IMG/VR virus record: IMGVR_UViG_3300027747_002957
Length of the DNA stretch: 64,000 bases
Reading direction: 5' to 3' (one strand)
Origin: an uncultured virus (IMG/VR IMGVR_UViG_3300027747_002957)
Taxonomy: Duplodnaviria; Heunggongvirae; Uroviricota; Caudoviricetes
Under the pieces are notes generated by a model. The model was not told the origin of the DNA, made no database searches, and saw nothing but the letters and a program-made list of their open reading frames with translations. The first letter of the stretch is position 1. Each line of letters opens with the position of its first letter. Positions 1 to 19,727 of this stretch are shown one piece after another. Both the position numbers and the translations under genes were made by a program.

Positions 1-1
1 C

Positions 2-1762
2 ACTGGTTCAGGCAGCACGGTAAGCGGTCCCACAGGTGCCACTGGTGCCACGGGCGCCACGGGTGTCACTGGACCCAGCGGTGGACCCACAGGTGCCACT
101 GGTCCAACCGGAGCCACTGGTGCCACTGGACCAACTGGTCCGGGAGCCACTGGTGCTACTGGCGCCAGCCAATGGATTTATGCAGCAAGTCCAAATGCCA
201 ATGATATCTACTATGGCCCAACTGGCAGCCTTGGCGCTAACGTGGCCGTGGGCACATACACCACTACCACGGTTGGTGGTAGCAACAACTTCATCGCAGG
301 CGGCAACGTATACGTGGCACGCCAACATCTTGGTAATGCCAGCGACACAATCAACACTCCGAGCTATTCTTGGCTGGGTGCTCTTACCACAGGCATGTAT
401 AGGCAGGCCAGCAACGTAGTGGCATTCACTGCCAACGGCGTTGATCAGCTGAGGATAGGTCCACAGAGCCTTGGTGTTGGCAGCACTGCCGCACAGGTCA
501 ACGTGCGCGGCGACCTCACCATGATACAGGGCGGAGCGATCGTTCCTAGCACCAGCACTAGCAGTTCAGATGCCAGCCACGGCATCATATGGCAACAGCC
601 TAGCGGTGCCAGCGGTACTGCGTGGATCAAGTGGTATCAGGGCGGATTCAGCAGCCTATACACCACTCTGGAGATAGGAACCGGTACCGACACGCATGAC
701 ATCCTTTACTTCAACACCTCTGGCAAGGTTGGATTTGGTGTATCTGTCCCAGCCTACAAGGTTGATGTCAGCGGTGATGTCAACGTCACGGGCAATTATT
801 ACGTGAACGGTGTGGTCATAGGCACTGGCGCTGGTACAGTAACCAGCGTGGCCATGAACACCAACACCACTGGCCTCAGCGTGAGCGGTGGCACTTCCCA
901 GACCATAACCACAAGCGGTACCTTCAGCCTAACCTGGGCCAGCACTGTACCAACTAACGGCATCTACATACCAACCGCTAACACGCTTGGCTTCGCCAGC
1001 AACAGCACAGATGCCATGCGTGTAAACAGCAACTCCGTGGTGACCATGACCAATCCCTTGCCAGTGGGCAGTGGTGGTACTGGTCTCGGCAGCGTTCCAT
1101 CAAATGGCCAGTTAGACATAGGTAACGGCACAGGTTTTACTAGGGCAGTTCTCACACCTGGATCAGGAGTGAGCATAGCTAATGGCGCGGGCAGCATCAC
1201 CATATCAGCTACAGGTAGCGGCGGCACGGTAACTAGCATAACGCAGGGAACGGGTGTTACGCTCAGTCCTAATCCGATCACTACCAGCGGCAGCATCAGC
1301 ATAGGACAGGCCGTTGGTACATCTAACAACGTGCAGTTCAATGCCATTGGTGCCGGCGCAGCCAACAGCACAGCAGGCACCATCACTGCCACTGGCGAGA
1401 TCACAGCATATAGCTCTGACGCACGCCTCAAGCAAAACATCTCGCTGATTACCGATCCAATATCAAAGATCATGAGTCTGCGAGGCGTGATGTTTGACTG
1501 GGATATAAACAAGGCTAACGAGCTTGGCTTCAATCCATCTTACCAACACGATGTTGGTGTGATAGCACAGGACATACAGGCAGTACTACCAGAAGCTGTG
1601 CGACCTGCTCCTTTTGATCGCACACCAGATGGGCTGGATAGCATCAGTGGTGAGCATTATCTCACTGTGCAGTACGAGAAGCTTACAGCACTGCTGATAG
1701 AAGCTGTCAAGCAGCTCAAGACCGAGGTTGATGATCTGCGAGCAAGGCTAGACGCGCGATAA
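2..1762 (+). CDS. Tail fibre protein (5'-partial) with collagen GPT/GAT repeats and C-terminal peptidase S74-type intramolecular chaperone
   Basis: The frame of track ORF 242..1762 stays open back to base 2 and encodes GPTGATG repeats. The C-terminus reads SSDARLKQNI...[15 protein letters not shown]...[15 protein letters not shown] plus a coiled coil. Confidence 0.85.
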   Translation, partial: TGSGSTVSGPTGATGATGATGVTGPSGGPTGATGPTGATGATGPTGPGATGATGASQWIYAASPNANDIYYGPTGSLGANVAVGTYTTTTVGGSNNFIAGGNVYVARQHLGNASDTINTPSYSWLGALTTGMYRQASNVVAFTANGVDQLRIGPQSLGVGSTAAQVNVRGDLTMIQGGAIVPSTSTSSSDASHGIIWQQPSGASGTAWIKWYQGGFSSLYTTLEIGTGTDTHDILYFNTSGKVGFGVSVPAYKVDVSGDVNVTGNYYVNGVVIGTGAGTVTSVAMNTNTTGLSVSGGTSQTITTSGTFSLTWASTVPTNGIYIPTANTLGFASNSTDAMRVNSNSVVTMTNPLPVGSGGTGLGSVPSNGQLDIGNGTGFTRAVLTPGSGVSIANGAGSITISATGSGGTVTSITQGTGVTLSPNPITTSGSISIGQAVGTSNNVQFNAIGAGAANSTAGTITATGEITAYSSDARLKQNISLITDPISKIMSLRGVMFDWDINKANELGFNPSYQHDVGVIAQDIQAVLPEAVRPAPFDRTPDGLDSISGEHYLTVQYEKLTALLIEAVKQLKTEVDDLRARLDAR

Positions 1763-1770
1763 ACCTTCGC

Positions 1771-1776
1771 TAAATA
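1771..1776 (+). promoter_or_regulatory. T4-like late promoter core TAAATA
   Basis: Intergenic TAAATA 40 nt before the GTG at 1817; the motif recurs before many genes. Confidence 0.65.
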
Positions 1777-1798
1777 TCACACATATCAGTGGCATTAG

Positions 1799-10537
<8,739 letters not shown>

Positions 10538-10558
10538 TGGGGGCGTTAGGAGAGCACG

Positions 10559-13500
10559 ATGCGTAGGGTAACACCACAGGTATACTACACTTTCACCCCG
10601 GCTGCCAAGCTGATAACCGTGCCAGGTTACATAGCACAGCAGAGGCTGTTGCTGATCACGGACGTGACCAACAACACTGTCATCTATAATTTCAGCGACC
10701 AGAATCTGTTGGCTACATTTGCCTATGACTATGTGACCACTCCAGGCAGCGTGAACACGCTGATCACGGTGGCCTACAACACCACAGGCAGCAACTTCAA
10801 GAGCACTGATCAGCTGCAGATACTGGTTGATGAGCAAAATGATTACGTGGCACCATCTGAATTACAGCTTGATCCAGTTGGCAAGAGCAGAGTATCAGAA
10901 CCACAGGCACTGATCGACACTGACTTTGAATATGGACTGCAGCCCACCAAGTGGGAACTCACAACTCTGACCAACAACAAGCCAGGTGCTTACTACAACG
11001 TCAACAATCCGCTGAACGTCAGCGACATCAATGCCGCAGCCACCAGCACTGTGTTCACAGTGAACGTGGGCTTCACAGCAGGCTCAGGTACCATACTGGT
11101 TTCAAGTGGTACCAACGCTGTGGTTGGAACCAACACGCTGTTCACTCAGCAGCTGCAGGTTGGTTATTACCTGTTCACCAGCAGCTACACACCAGTGGGT
11201 ACTGTGTCAGTTATCAACAGCGACACCAGCCTCACCCTGGCAGCCAACACCCTCAATCAGATCAATCCCGCTGCCGCCTATAACTTCATGAACCAACAGC
11301 TACCCGTGGCAGGACAGTCCATGTACGTGGCTGACACCAACTTTGCCGGCGCCAATGGTTGGTTCAACATCGACAACACCAACCAATACGGCAACGGTCT
11401 CGTGGCCACCAGCAGATATGCCTACACAGGCACTACTGGCAGCATATTCAACCCCAGCGCGACCACCGTGTTCCCAGGGTTCCTATACACCGGTGCTGCC
11501 TACGCACTGAACAGCAGCACGGGCAACATCACATTCGCTTCGGGTGGCACCACAGCGACGTTTACCATGGCACAGCCGCACGGACTGCAGGTAGGCAACG
11601 GTGTGTTGGTATCAAACTCAAACGTAAGCACCTTTAACGGATCATGGACGGTGGTAGGATATACCAACGACAGCAGCTTCCAAGTGTCGCTGAATGCCAT
11701 ACCAGCCACTGGATCAAACGTGGCCAACGTGATACCTCGCAACGATCTCGTGATCAGCCACAGGGCTTTTGACGGAGGCGTGTTCTTCAGCACGGGCAAC
11801 CCAGTTGCGCACAATGTCAGCGTGATACGCCAGACGCGCAGATATTTCCGCTATCAATCAGGCAAAGGCATACAGGTCAGCACTGGCACCATTGTCAAGC
11901 CACCAATCCCCACAGACACCATCACAGCTAACGACACAGGTGTGGGTGCAGTGATAACCATCAAGACCAAATCTCCGCACTTCTTATCAGCTGGTGCCAA
12001 CGTCTACGTGAGCAACAGTGCCATCAGCACTGGTGTCAATGGCATCACTAGTGGTTATGCTGGCAATTACACTGTGCAGCAGACACCGGATGCTTATACC
12101 TTGAATGTGTATGCGCAACAGACGCTGGGCAGCACCACCTGCGCAGGCATACCTCAGATAGGTCCAAACGCATGGTTTGGCAGCAAGGTGCGCATGGGCT
12201 TGTTTGAACAGCAGAACGGTATCTACTGGGAATTTGACGGGCAGACGCTGTATGCTGTGCGCAGATCAGCCACGCAACAGATAACTGGTTACGTCAGCGT
12301 CACTCAGGGCAGCGGCACGGTAACTGGCTTGACCACTGGTACTGGTGACAATGCTGCCACGCAGTTTGCCACACAGTTGGTACCGTTTGATTACATAGTC
12401 ATACGTGGTCAGACCTATCGCGTGCTGCAGATACTCAGCAACACTTCAATGACCATCAGCCCGCCCTATCGCGGTGCCAGCATCAGCCAGGCACAGGTCA
12501 GCAAGGTGCAGGATCTGCGCATTGCGCAGAACACGTTCAACATTGACAAGCTGGATGGCACTGGTCCAAGTGGATATGTCATAGATCTAACCAAGATACA
12601 GATGTGGTACGTGGACTACAGCTGGTATGGCGCAGGCTTCGTGCGCTGGGGAGTGCGTACCGTTGACGGTAACATCTACTATGCTCACAAGCTGCAGCAC
12701 AACAACGTGCAGTACCTATCCTACATGCGCTCAGGTAACCTGCCAGGCCACTATGAGGTCAACAACGAAGTGCCTGAGACGCAGCTGACCAGCACATTTG
12801 CCGCTAGTGCCACCACTCTGAACGTGGCCAACACCGCAGCATTCCCTACCAACGGCATATTGGTGATCAAGGACTACAACAATCCAGAATATGTCAGCTA
12901 TGACAGCAAGACAGCCACCAGCTTCAACGTTACCACCAGAGGGCAGACAGCTGGTACTGTGGCCAGCGTGAGCACGACCAGCGGCAATGCCAACATCACC
13001 ACTAGCACCAGCCTCTACAATGCCAGCATACAGGCAGGCATGTATGTGACGGGCACGGGCATACCCAGCAATACCTACATACAGAAGATAACCTATGGTT
13101 CACCCAACACCATCACGCTGAACCAAGCACCCACTGCGACCAACAGCATAACGCTGACCACGCTGCAGATGGCCAATGCCAATACCACACATACCTATGC
13201 TGCTACATTACCCATAGGCATACAACAGCACGCACCGTTCTTCACGCCAAGCATCGCGCACTGGGGAACATCTGTGATCATGGATGGTAAGTTTGACAAC
13301 GATAAATCATTCGTGTTCATCGCGGGCATGGTCAGCGCACTCAGCGTGGGTCAGAACCAGCGTGCGGCGTTGTTGAGCATTCGCATAGGACCATCAGTGC
13401 AGGGCGGCATCACAGGCCCGCTTGGTACCAAAGAGGTCATTAACCACATGCAGCTGAGCCCGTTTGAAGTTGACTTGGCCAGCAACGGTCTGTTCCTCAT

Positions 13501-13858
13501 GACTCTGGTGCTGAATGGTGTGATCCAAGCACCAACGACCAGCACGTTTCAAGGTGTTGGCGGTTCCAGCTTGGCGCAGGTGGCATATCATCCCATCGGC
13601 ACCACCATCGTTGGTGGTGAGAACATCTTCGCGTTCTTCGCTGCCACAGCAGGTGGTACCACCTATGCGGTTACACAGCAGGATCTGACCATCGTGCGCG
13701 ATCTTGGTAACTCAATACTAGGCGGCGGAACCAACAACATCGCTGGTCAGCAGGTATATCCAGACGGACCGGACGTTCTCACTGTTGTGGCGCAGAACAT
13801 CGACGTTGGATCCAAGAACATACAGGCACGACTGAGCTGGACAGAAGCCCAGGCTTGA
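10559..13858 (+). CDS. Large virion structural protein (1099 aa)
   Basis: RBS AGGAGAG. Contains motifs DPVGKSRVSEPQALIDTDFEYGLQPTKWE and RQTRRYFRYQSGKG, which I recall from large-myophage structural proteins; beta-rich composition. Confidence 0.7.
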   Translation: MRRVTPQVYYTFTPAAKLITVPGYIAQQRLLLITDVTNNTVIYNFSDQNLLATFAYDYVTTPGSVNTLITVAYNTTGSNFKSTDQLQILVDEQNDYVAPSELQLDPVGKSRVSEPQALIDTDFEYGLQPTKWELTTLTNNKPGAYYNVNNPLNVSDINAAATSTVFTVNVGFTAGSGTILVSSGTNAVVGTNTLFTQQLQVGYYLFTSSYTPVGTVSVINSDTSLTLAANTLNQINPAAAYNFMNQQLPVAGQSMYVADTNFAGANGWFNIDNTNQYGNGLVATSRYAYTGTTGSIFNPSATTVFPGFLYTGAAYALNSSTGNITFASGGTTATFTMAQPHGLQVGNGVLVSNSNVSTFNGSWTVVGYTNDSSFQVSLNAIPATGSNVANVIPRNDLVISHRAFDGGVFFSTGNPVAHNVSVIRQTRRYFRYQSGKGIQVSTGTIVKPPIPTDTITANDTGVGAVITIKTKSPHFLSAGANVYVSNSAISTGVNGITSGYAGNYTVQQTPDAYTLNVYAQQTLGSTTCAGIPQIGPNAWFGSKVRMGLFEQQNGIYWEFDGQTLYAVRRSATQQITGYVSVTQGSGTVTGLTTGTGDNAATQFATQLVPFDYIVIRGQTYRVLQILSNTSMTISPPYRGASISQAQVSKVQDLRIAQNTFNIDKLDGTGPSGYVIDLTKIQMWYVDYSWYGAGFVRWGVRTVDGNIYYAHKLQHNNVQYLSYMRSGNLPGHYEVNNEVPETQLTSTFAASATTLNVANTAAFPTNGILVIKDYNNPEYVSYDSKTATSFNVTTRGQTAGTVASVSTTSGNANITTSTSLYNASIQAGMYVTGTGIPSNTYIQKITYGSPNTITLNQAPTATNSITLTTLQMANANTTHTYAATLPIGIQQHAPFFTPSIAHWGTSVIMDGKFDNDKSFVFIAGMVSALSVGQNQRAALLSIRIGPSVQGGITGPLGTKEVINHMQLSPFEVDLASNGLFLMTLVLNGVIQAPTTSTFQGVGGSSLAQVAYHPIGTTIVGGENIFAFFAATAGGTTYAVTQQDLTIVRDLGNSILGGGTNNIAGQQVYPDGPDVLTVVAQNIDVGSKNIQARLSWTEAQA

Positions 13859-14320
13859 TCAATCTGGGTTGACGCTGACCCAGCCGGTGCCATCGTCGCG
13901 CTCTACTATCATGTCACCGCTGCTGCTCCAGCGATAGCTCTCGTCGGCATCATCGGGCCTACGATCTGGATGTAGGGCAGCTGCGATCATGTCGACGATC
14001 TCAACAGGGTCTGTGACCCAGGTTATGCCTTTTTCCTGCCAAGGCTGCTCACCCAGATCCGCACAGGCTAGGATGTAACCAGCATGGCACTGCTGTGACA
14101 TCCATCGCCACGCACCGTCTTTGGTCTCTACCGTGAGCTGTCGGACATCGCCGGTGCTGCAGTGGAACACAGTGCTCACAGGAAAGTGTTCGTTGCTGTC
14201 GTGCAGACCCCAGCTTTCAAACAGTATCTCTCGGCAATCCTTGCCTAAAAAGTCCCAGAGCCAGTCGCGACCCTCGACCATCCTATAGCTGGCAGCTGTC
14301 ATGACTTGGTGTATGTGCAT
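13859..14320 (-). CDS. Hypothetical protein (153 aa), inverted gene inside the fibre cluster
   Basis: RBS GGAGA 6 nt before ATG at 14320. Globular Trp/Asp-rich composition. The longer track ORF extension is antisense of the next gene. Confidence 0.7.
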   Translation of the reverse strand: MHIHQVMTAASYRMVEGRDWLWDFLGKDCREILFESWGLHDSNEHFPVSTVFHCSTGDVRQLTVETKDGAWRWMSQQCHAGYILACADLGEQPWQEKGITWVTDPVEIVDMIAAALHPDRRPDDADESYRWSSSGDMIVERDDGTGWVSVNPD

Positions 14321-14339
14321 GTGATGTCTCCCTGGCCAC

Positions 14340-14368
14340 AGTATACATGGCGATTGGATAGTTGCCAA
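14340..14368 (-). promoter_or_regulatory. Sigma70-type promoter TTGGCA-N17-TATACT
   Basis: Correct spacing, directly upstream of the RBS of 13859..14320. Confidence 0.6.
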
Positions 14369-14377
14369 GACCACGGA

Positions 14378-14383
14378 TAAATA
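14378..14383 (+). promoter_or_regulatory. Late promoter core TAAATA
   Basis: Intergenic, upstream of a GAGGAG RBS. Confidence 0.65.
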
Positions 14384-14408
14384 TCCAGCATTCTTGAGGA
14401 GCCGTACC

Positions 14409-17231
14409 TTGGTTGATTTCGTCCCGTTTCCTGGCATGGCCAGCACGGACAACAACACGCAGTATCCACCTAACCAGGTCATGGTCACTGGCAACAGCGG
14501 CACGGTCACTGCCAGCGGCAGCATGGTGGTGCTGGCCAGCACCACTGGCAACGTGGGAATAGGTACTACCACACCTCTGTATGGATTTGATGCCAACGTG
14601 TCTGCCAACTTCAGGCGGGGCATTACCGTGTCCAACACTGCGATCTTTGCCGGCAACGTGGGCATAGGTACTACCACACCTCTGTATGGATTTGATGCCA
14701 ACGTGTCTGCCAACTTCAGGCAGGGCATATCAGTCACCAATGGTGCTGCGATATCAGGCAATGTCGCTGTAAATGGTAATGTCGGTGTCACTGGTAATGT
14801 GACCATAGCTGGGAATGCCAGTGTCACTGGCAATTTCAACGTGTCAGTAAGCACCAACAGCACCATAGGTGGTAACCTCGGCATAGGTACTAGCAGCACC
14901 CTGGGCCTGTCCAATGTGTTTGCTGTCTATGGCAGCAGCAGTCTCTATGGCAACGTGATCCTCAAGAACACGCTGGGGCAAAGCGGCATCTACTTTTCCG
15001 ACGGCAGTTTCCTCATCACTGCCAGCACTGGTACCGTGTATTCAAACACCAACGTGGCCAGCTATCTCAGCGGACCAGTGTTGGTTGGAAACCTATTCAT
15101 AGGCAATAGCACGACCAGCACTGGCAGCACCACTGGGGCCCTGCTGATCAATGGCGGAGCCGGCATTGGTGGCAACATCAACGTCGGTGGCAGAGTCAGC
15201 ACATTCTTTGGTGCTCTGGGAATCGGAACCAGCAGCGGTGTGGGAATCGCTACCACGACAAACAGCAGCAACCTCTGGGTCTGGGGCAACGTTGTGATCA
15301 GCAACACCACCAGCACCAGCAGCGGCATCATCTTCCCTGATGGTACTAGGCAGACCACAGCAAGCACCGGCAGCGGTAGCAGCCAGAGCTATGGTCCCAT
15401 CAGCACCATACAGGTAGCTGGAACCAGCAACACTTTCACAGGTGACGGCAGCAGCTTCGTCTGGGACAACTCCAACAAGCGCTTGGGCATAGGCACAGCT
15501 ACGCCTGCCTATCAGTTCAGCCTCTATGGCTCAGATTATGTGCTGTTTAACAGCAGGCCAGGCAACGCAGCACGCCAAGAGATCACCGTGGGCAACGTGA
15601 TCAGCTTTGGTGCTGTGCTGGGCTATGATCCAACGATACCACAGAGCATTGGCTATCTGCGCAGGGGCGACAGCGCGGCGACCTCTCCGGCTATAGCATG
15701 GAGCTATGTCAGCACTAACTATCGCGTGGGCATAAACGCTGTCACGCAACCACAGAACACCATGGAGATCAACGGCGGTTTGGTGGTTGGCAACAGCTAC
15801 GTAGGCACAGCGCCGCTGACCTCCAACACCAACGGCGCCAGCATACAGGGCGCAGTGGGCATAGGCACGTTCACACCCAGCAACAACACCAACACAGCAC
15901 TGACCGTATTTGCCAGCACAGGCGGCGGCTTGGAACTGGTATCGGGTGGCGCAGCAGGTGGTGGCAACATAGTCGCACTCACGGGTGGTGGACTGAAGTT
16001 TGGCTACTTCACTGGCGGCATTGGCTCAGAGGTTTACGCAGAAGCACAGCGCATCAACAGCAACGGCGTGGTCACAATGACCAATCCCTTGCCAGTGGGC
16101 AGTGGTGGTACTGGTTTGAACACCGTGCCTACCAGTGGTCAGCTGCTGATAGGCAATGGTACCAACTACACTCTCAGCACCCTGACAGCAGGCTCGGGTA
16201 TCAGCATAACCAACAGTCCTGGCAGCATATTCATCACCAGCACTGCATCTCCCACAGGTCCCACAGGACCAAACGGAGGACCAACTGGTCCTACAGGTTA
16301 TACTGGCTACACTGGATACACTGGTCCAACTGGCGCTACCAGCACGGTTACTGGTCCAACTGGATATACTGGACCCACCGGCGCTACCAGCACGGTTACT
16401 GGTCCAACTGGTCCAACTGGCGCTACCAGCACGGTTACTGGTCCAACTGGTCCCACGTCAGTTACCACAGGTCCAACTGGCCCCAGCGGCGGCGGCACAG
16501 TAACCAACCTTGCCGCAGGCACAGGCGTTACGCTGAGCCCTAGTCCCATAACCACCACAGGCACCATCAGCATAGGCCAGGCCGTTAGCACCAGCAGCAA
16601 CGTGACGTTTGCTACCATAAACAGCACCAACGGCGGCAGCAGCGGCGCATCGGCCATGACTATATCCAACAATAATACATATGGCGGTGCCGTCTATGCT
16701 GGCATTTTTACGCTGACCAACACCTATGCGAGTGCTACCACACCTACTAAGTTCATACGAATCAACCAAAGTGGTGGCATAGAGATAATCAATAACGCTT
16801 ATAACAGCGTCCTGTTTACCTTCGCAGACACTGGAGCATTTAGCGCAACAAACGAAATCACAGCTTATAGCTCGGACAATAGGCTCAAGGAAAACTTGGT
16901 ACAGATACCCAATGCTCTGCGCAAGGTACTCAGCCTCAGAGGTGTGACTTTTGATTGGAAACCCATGGTCAAGGACCTTGGTTTCGAACCGACTCAGATG
17001 CACGATGTGGGTGTGATAGCGCAGGAAGTGCAGGCAGTGCTACCCGAAGCAGTGCGACCAGCGCCGTTTGATCTTGATATCAACAGCAGCACTGGCAGTA
17101 AGAGCGGTGAGAACTACCTAACTGTTCAGTATGAGAAACTGACTGCACTGCTGATAGAAGCTGTAAAAGAACAGCAGGCACAGATCGAAGACCTGCAGGC
17201 CAGGATAGCACAGTTGGAGCAGGAACGATGA
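14409..17231 (+). CDS. Tail fibre protein with collagen segment and C-terminal S74-type chaperone
   Basis: TTG start 7 nt after GAGGAG gives MVDF..., matching the 26952 and 28494 N-termini. C-terminus SSDNRLKEN...[15 protein letters not shown] is paralogous to the first gene. Confidence 0.85.
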   Translation: MVDFVPFPGMASTDNNTQYPPNQVMVTGNSGTVTASGSMVVLASTTGNVGIGTTTPLYGFDANVSANFRRGITVSNTAIFAGNVGIGTTTPLYGFDANVSANFRQGISVTNGAAISGNVAVNGNVGVTGNVTIAGNASVTGNFNVSVSTNSTIGGNLGIGTSSTLGLSNVFAVYGSSSLYGNVILKNTLGQSGIYFSDGSFLITASTGTVYSNTNVASYLSGPVLVGNLFIGNSTTSTGSTTGALLINGGAGIGGNINVGGRVSTFFGALGIGTSSGVGIATTTNSSNLWVWGNVVISNTTSTSSGIIFPDGTRQTTASTGSGSSQSYGPISTIQVAGTSNTFTGDGSSFVWDNSNKRLGIGTATPAYQFSLYGSDYVLFNSRPGNAARQEITVGNVISFGAVLGYDPTIPQSIGYLRRGDSAATSPAIAWSYVSTNYRVGINAVTQPQNTMEINGGLVVGNSYVGTAPLTSNTNGASIQGAVGIGTFTPSNNTNTALTVFASTGGGLELVSGGAAGGGNIVALTGGGLKFGYFTGGIGSEVYAEAQRINSNGVVTMTNPLPVGSGGTGLNTVPTSGQLLIGNGTNYTLSTLTAGSGISITNSPGSIFITSTASPTGPTGPNGGPTGPTGYTGYTGYTGPTGATSTVTGPTGYTGPTGATSTVTGPTGPTGATSTVTGPTGPTSVTTGPTGPSGGGTVTNLAAGTGVTLSPSPITTTGTISIGQAVSTSSNVTFATINSTNGGSSGASAMTISNNNTYGGAVYAGIFTLTNTYASATTPTKFIRINQSGGIEIINNAYNSVLFTFADTGAFSATNEITAYSSDNRLKENLVQIPNALRKVLSLRGVTFDWKPMVKDLGFEPTQMHDVGVIAQEVQAVLPEAVRPAPFDLDINSSTGSKSGENYLTVQYEKLTALLIEAVKEQQAQIEDLQARIAQLEQER
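14547..14721 (+). repeat. Near-exact direct repeat (~70 bp, 105 bp period)
   Basis: [23 protein letters not shown] is encoded twice with near-identical DNA. Confidence 0.85.
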
Positions 17232-18019
17232 CCACTAACCAGCTGATGTGGCTTGACCAAGACGGTCTGCGAGTGGGTGGCACTCAGCTGTGGACCAGCG
17301 GCGGTGGAGTCGGCATAGGCACCAGCAGCATCTATGGCGGTCTCACGGTGGGCAACAATATAGGTACCAGCAGCGTCAACAGCAATGTGTCAATGACAGT
17401 GTTTGGTCCCACGGTGCATACAGGTGGCAACATACAGATCAGCACGGCAGGCTATGGCGTGGTGTTTGGCGACGGCTCCTTCATGTCCAGCGCAGCGGTC
17501 GCTCAGACCATGACTTTGATATCCACGCAAACCGCCACAGCTGGCACTACAACTGCTCTGCAGTGGACTGGATTGTCTGGTTATATAAGATACCTGATGT
17601 TTGTTGAAAACTTACAACCATCGACCAATGATGGTTTGAGATTTTTGCTGGGGATAGGCTCTGGACCAACGTACTTGACTAGCGGATATGGAGGATATTT
17701 TGGGTATTCTCCCAATAATGGAAGTAATCAATTTTATGGGGGTAGTTTAGGTTCTAGTTATATGACCACAGGTATTACAACATATACTGGCAGTTATGGA
17801 GTTAATGGTAATTTTACCATTGATAATTTTAATCTTGCTACTAGTTTGGGTGTTGTACAAATATATGGAACAGCATTTACCTACAACGGTTCAGCTGGTT
17901 ATTGGTCAAGTTTCAATGGTTATAACACGGGTACAACACCTTATACCGCTATTAAAATTCAATTCAATGGAACAACAACTTTTTCGGGTCAAGCATCTTT
18001 GTATAGCATCTCTTCATAA
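17228..18019 (+). CDS. Short fibre/receptor-binding protein with AT-rich C-terminal domain
   Basis: ATGA overlap with the upstream gene; GVGIGT and FGDGS motifs; aromatic-rich C-terminal domain. Confidence 0.7.
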   Translation: MTTNQLMWLDQDGLRVGGTQLWTSGGGVGIGTSSIYGGLTVGNNIGTSSVNSNVSMTVFGPTVHTGGNIQISTAGYGVVFGDGSFMSSAAVAQTMTLISTQTATAGTTTALQWTGLSGYIRYLMFVENLQPSTNDGLRFLLGIGSGPTYLTSGYGGYFGYSPNNGSNQFYGGSLGSSYMTTGITTYTGSYGVNGNFTIDNFNLATSLGVVQIYGTAFTYNGSAGYWSSFNGYNTGTTPYTAIKIQFNGTTTFSGQASLYSISS

Positions 18020-18030
18020 GGACTGAACAC

Positions 18031-18363
18031 ATGGCTCTGAACGATCAAATCCTAGCATATCTGGCACAGGCCAATATATCTCATGGCCCCGGAGATTACA
18101 TGACTGGTCAGCCAGAAAGCCAGCCAGATCAGGTGTTGAAATGGGATGCCAAGCTGGGTCCGCAGCCAACCCAAGCACAGCTTGATGCTGCCTGGGCAGC
18201 CAAGATTGCAGCCGATGCTGCGGTTTCCTACAAGGCACAGCGCGCAGCAGAATATCCGGACTTCAGGGACTATCTGGATGGCATTGTCAAGGGGGATACT
18301 GAGCAGATCCAGGCATACATAGATGCCTGCTTGGCAATCAAGGACAAATATCCAAAACCCTGA
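18031..18363 (+). CDS. Tail fibre assembly chaperone-like protein
   Basis: YKAQRAAEYPD...YLDGI...IKDKYPKP C-terminus; lies right after a fibre gene. Confidence 0.65.
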   Translation: MALNDQILAYLAQANISHGPGDYMTGQPESQPDQVLKWDAKLGPQPTQAQLDAAWAAKIAADAAVSYKAQRAAEYPDFRDYLDGIVKGDTEQIQAYIDACLAIKDKYPKP

Positions 18364-18433
18364 CGCAGTCATGAAGCCAGCAGGATCCAAGCCCTAGCAT
18401 AGGTAAATACAGCGCACTATTACCGGAAGCAGC

Positions 18434-19726
18434 ATGGCCAATTCACCAGCACAGAACCTCAGCACGGTGGCGCTCTACGTCAAGAGCACGGCTTCTGCCT
18501 TCAACGTGACCACCAGCGGTGCCACGCAGCTCAGCGTGGATAATCTGGGCAATCTCATAATGAACAGCACTGCCAGCAGCTTCGAAGCTGACTTCAGCAA
18601 TGCCAATCCTCTGCTGCGTGCCTTCATCACCACTACCACATACAATGGTAACGCGCTGATAGGCACGCACCCCAACAGCGGCGGCACTGTGAGCAGCTTC
18701 CTAGCCTACAGCAACAGCAACGTGCTGTCCAGCAGCTTTGCTACCCTGGAATCAAACCAAAGCAACGTGCGACTGGCCTCAGACAGGAGCGATAACAGTC
18801 CTTATCTGCCCTTGGTTTTCCAGACCAGTGGCACGGAAAACATGCGCTTGGACATCAATGGCAATCTGGGCATAGGCACTAGCCAACCCGTGTTCAAGCT
18901 GGATGTCACTGGCAGCATGCGTGCCACTGGCAACATCACCGTGGGTGGCAACGTCAACCTCGGCGGTGCCATCAACTTCAGCGATGGCAGCAGCATCACC
19001 ACGGGTGCCCTGGGCACCTCCGTGTTTGACTACACAGGCAATGGCAGCACGACCACATTTGCCACAGGCAACTATTCGGCAACCAGCGTGGTCAACACCA
19101 ACGTGTATCTCCAGGGCGTGTACCAGCGCAAGAACACCTACAGCTGGGTGGGCAGCAGCATCATATTCAACTCGCCACCACCTCTGGGCACTGCCATCGA
19201 GATAGTGATCAGCAATCTCAGCACCACCACGGTAATACCCGCAGCAGGATCAGTGACACCCGGCAGTCTCAGCACTGGTGGACCCAGCTGGGATGCCACT
19301 GGTAACCTCATCGCAGGTGGAGGCATGACAGCAGGTGGCAACGTCAGCACGGTCAGCGGAGGCATATTCGGTGGCAACCTTGGCATAGGTACCACAGCAC
19401 TGCCTCCCTACGCGATGAGCATATTCAAGACAGATGCTGCGCTGCTGCCGGTGGGCAGCACAGCACAGCGTCCTGCTGCTGCCACTGGGCTGCTGCGCTT
19501 CAACAGCAGCCTTGGCTACTTCGAGGGCTACAATGGTACCCAGTGGGGTGGTCTCGGAGGCGCCACTGGAGGCGGCACTGATCAGACCTTCTGGACCAAC
19601 GGCAACACCATCACTGCCAACTACACGGTTCCCAGCGGTTACAACAGCGGGACCTTTGGTCCAATAACCATCAATCCCGGCGTGACCGTCACGGTCAGCA
19701 GCGGCAGCTACTGGAGCATAGTGTGA
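18434..19726 (+). CDS. Fibre/virion protein with one FDYTG...GVYQRK module
   Basis: TAAATA at 18404. Contains PVGSTAQRP...GLLRFNS...FEGYNG and FWTNGNTITANYTV...GPITI motifs. Confidence 0.7.
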   Translation: MANSPAQNLSTVALYVKSTASAFNVTTSGATQLSVDNLGNLIMNSTASSFEADFSNANPLLRAFITTTTYNGNALIGTHPNSGGTVSSFLAYSNSNVLSSSFATLESNQSNVRLASDRSDNSPYLPLVFQTSGTENMRLDINGNLGIGTSQPVFKLDVTGSMRATGNITVGGNVNLGGAINFSDGSSITTGALGTSVFDYTGNGSTTTFATGNYSATSVVNTNVYLQGVYQRKNTYSWVGSSIIFNSPPPLGTAIEIVISNLSTTTVIPAAGSVTPGSLSTGGPSWDATGNLIAGGGMTAGGNVSTVSGGIFGGNLGIGTTALPPYAMSIFKTDAALLPVGSTAQRPAAATGLLRFNSSLGYFEGYNGTQWGGLGGATGGGTDQTFWTNGNTITANYTVPSGYNSGTFGPITINPGVTVTVSSGSYWSIV

Positions 19727-19727
19727 C

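Noticed and set aside
14321..14914. Track's 351-aa extension of the minus-strand ORF
   Set aside because: It is the antisense of the 14409 fibre gene; RBS and promoter support a start at 14320.
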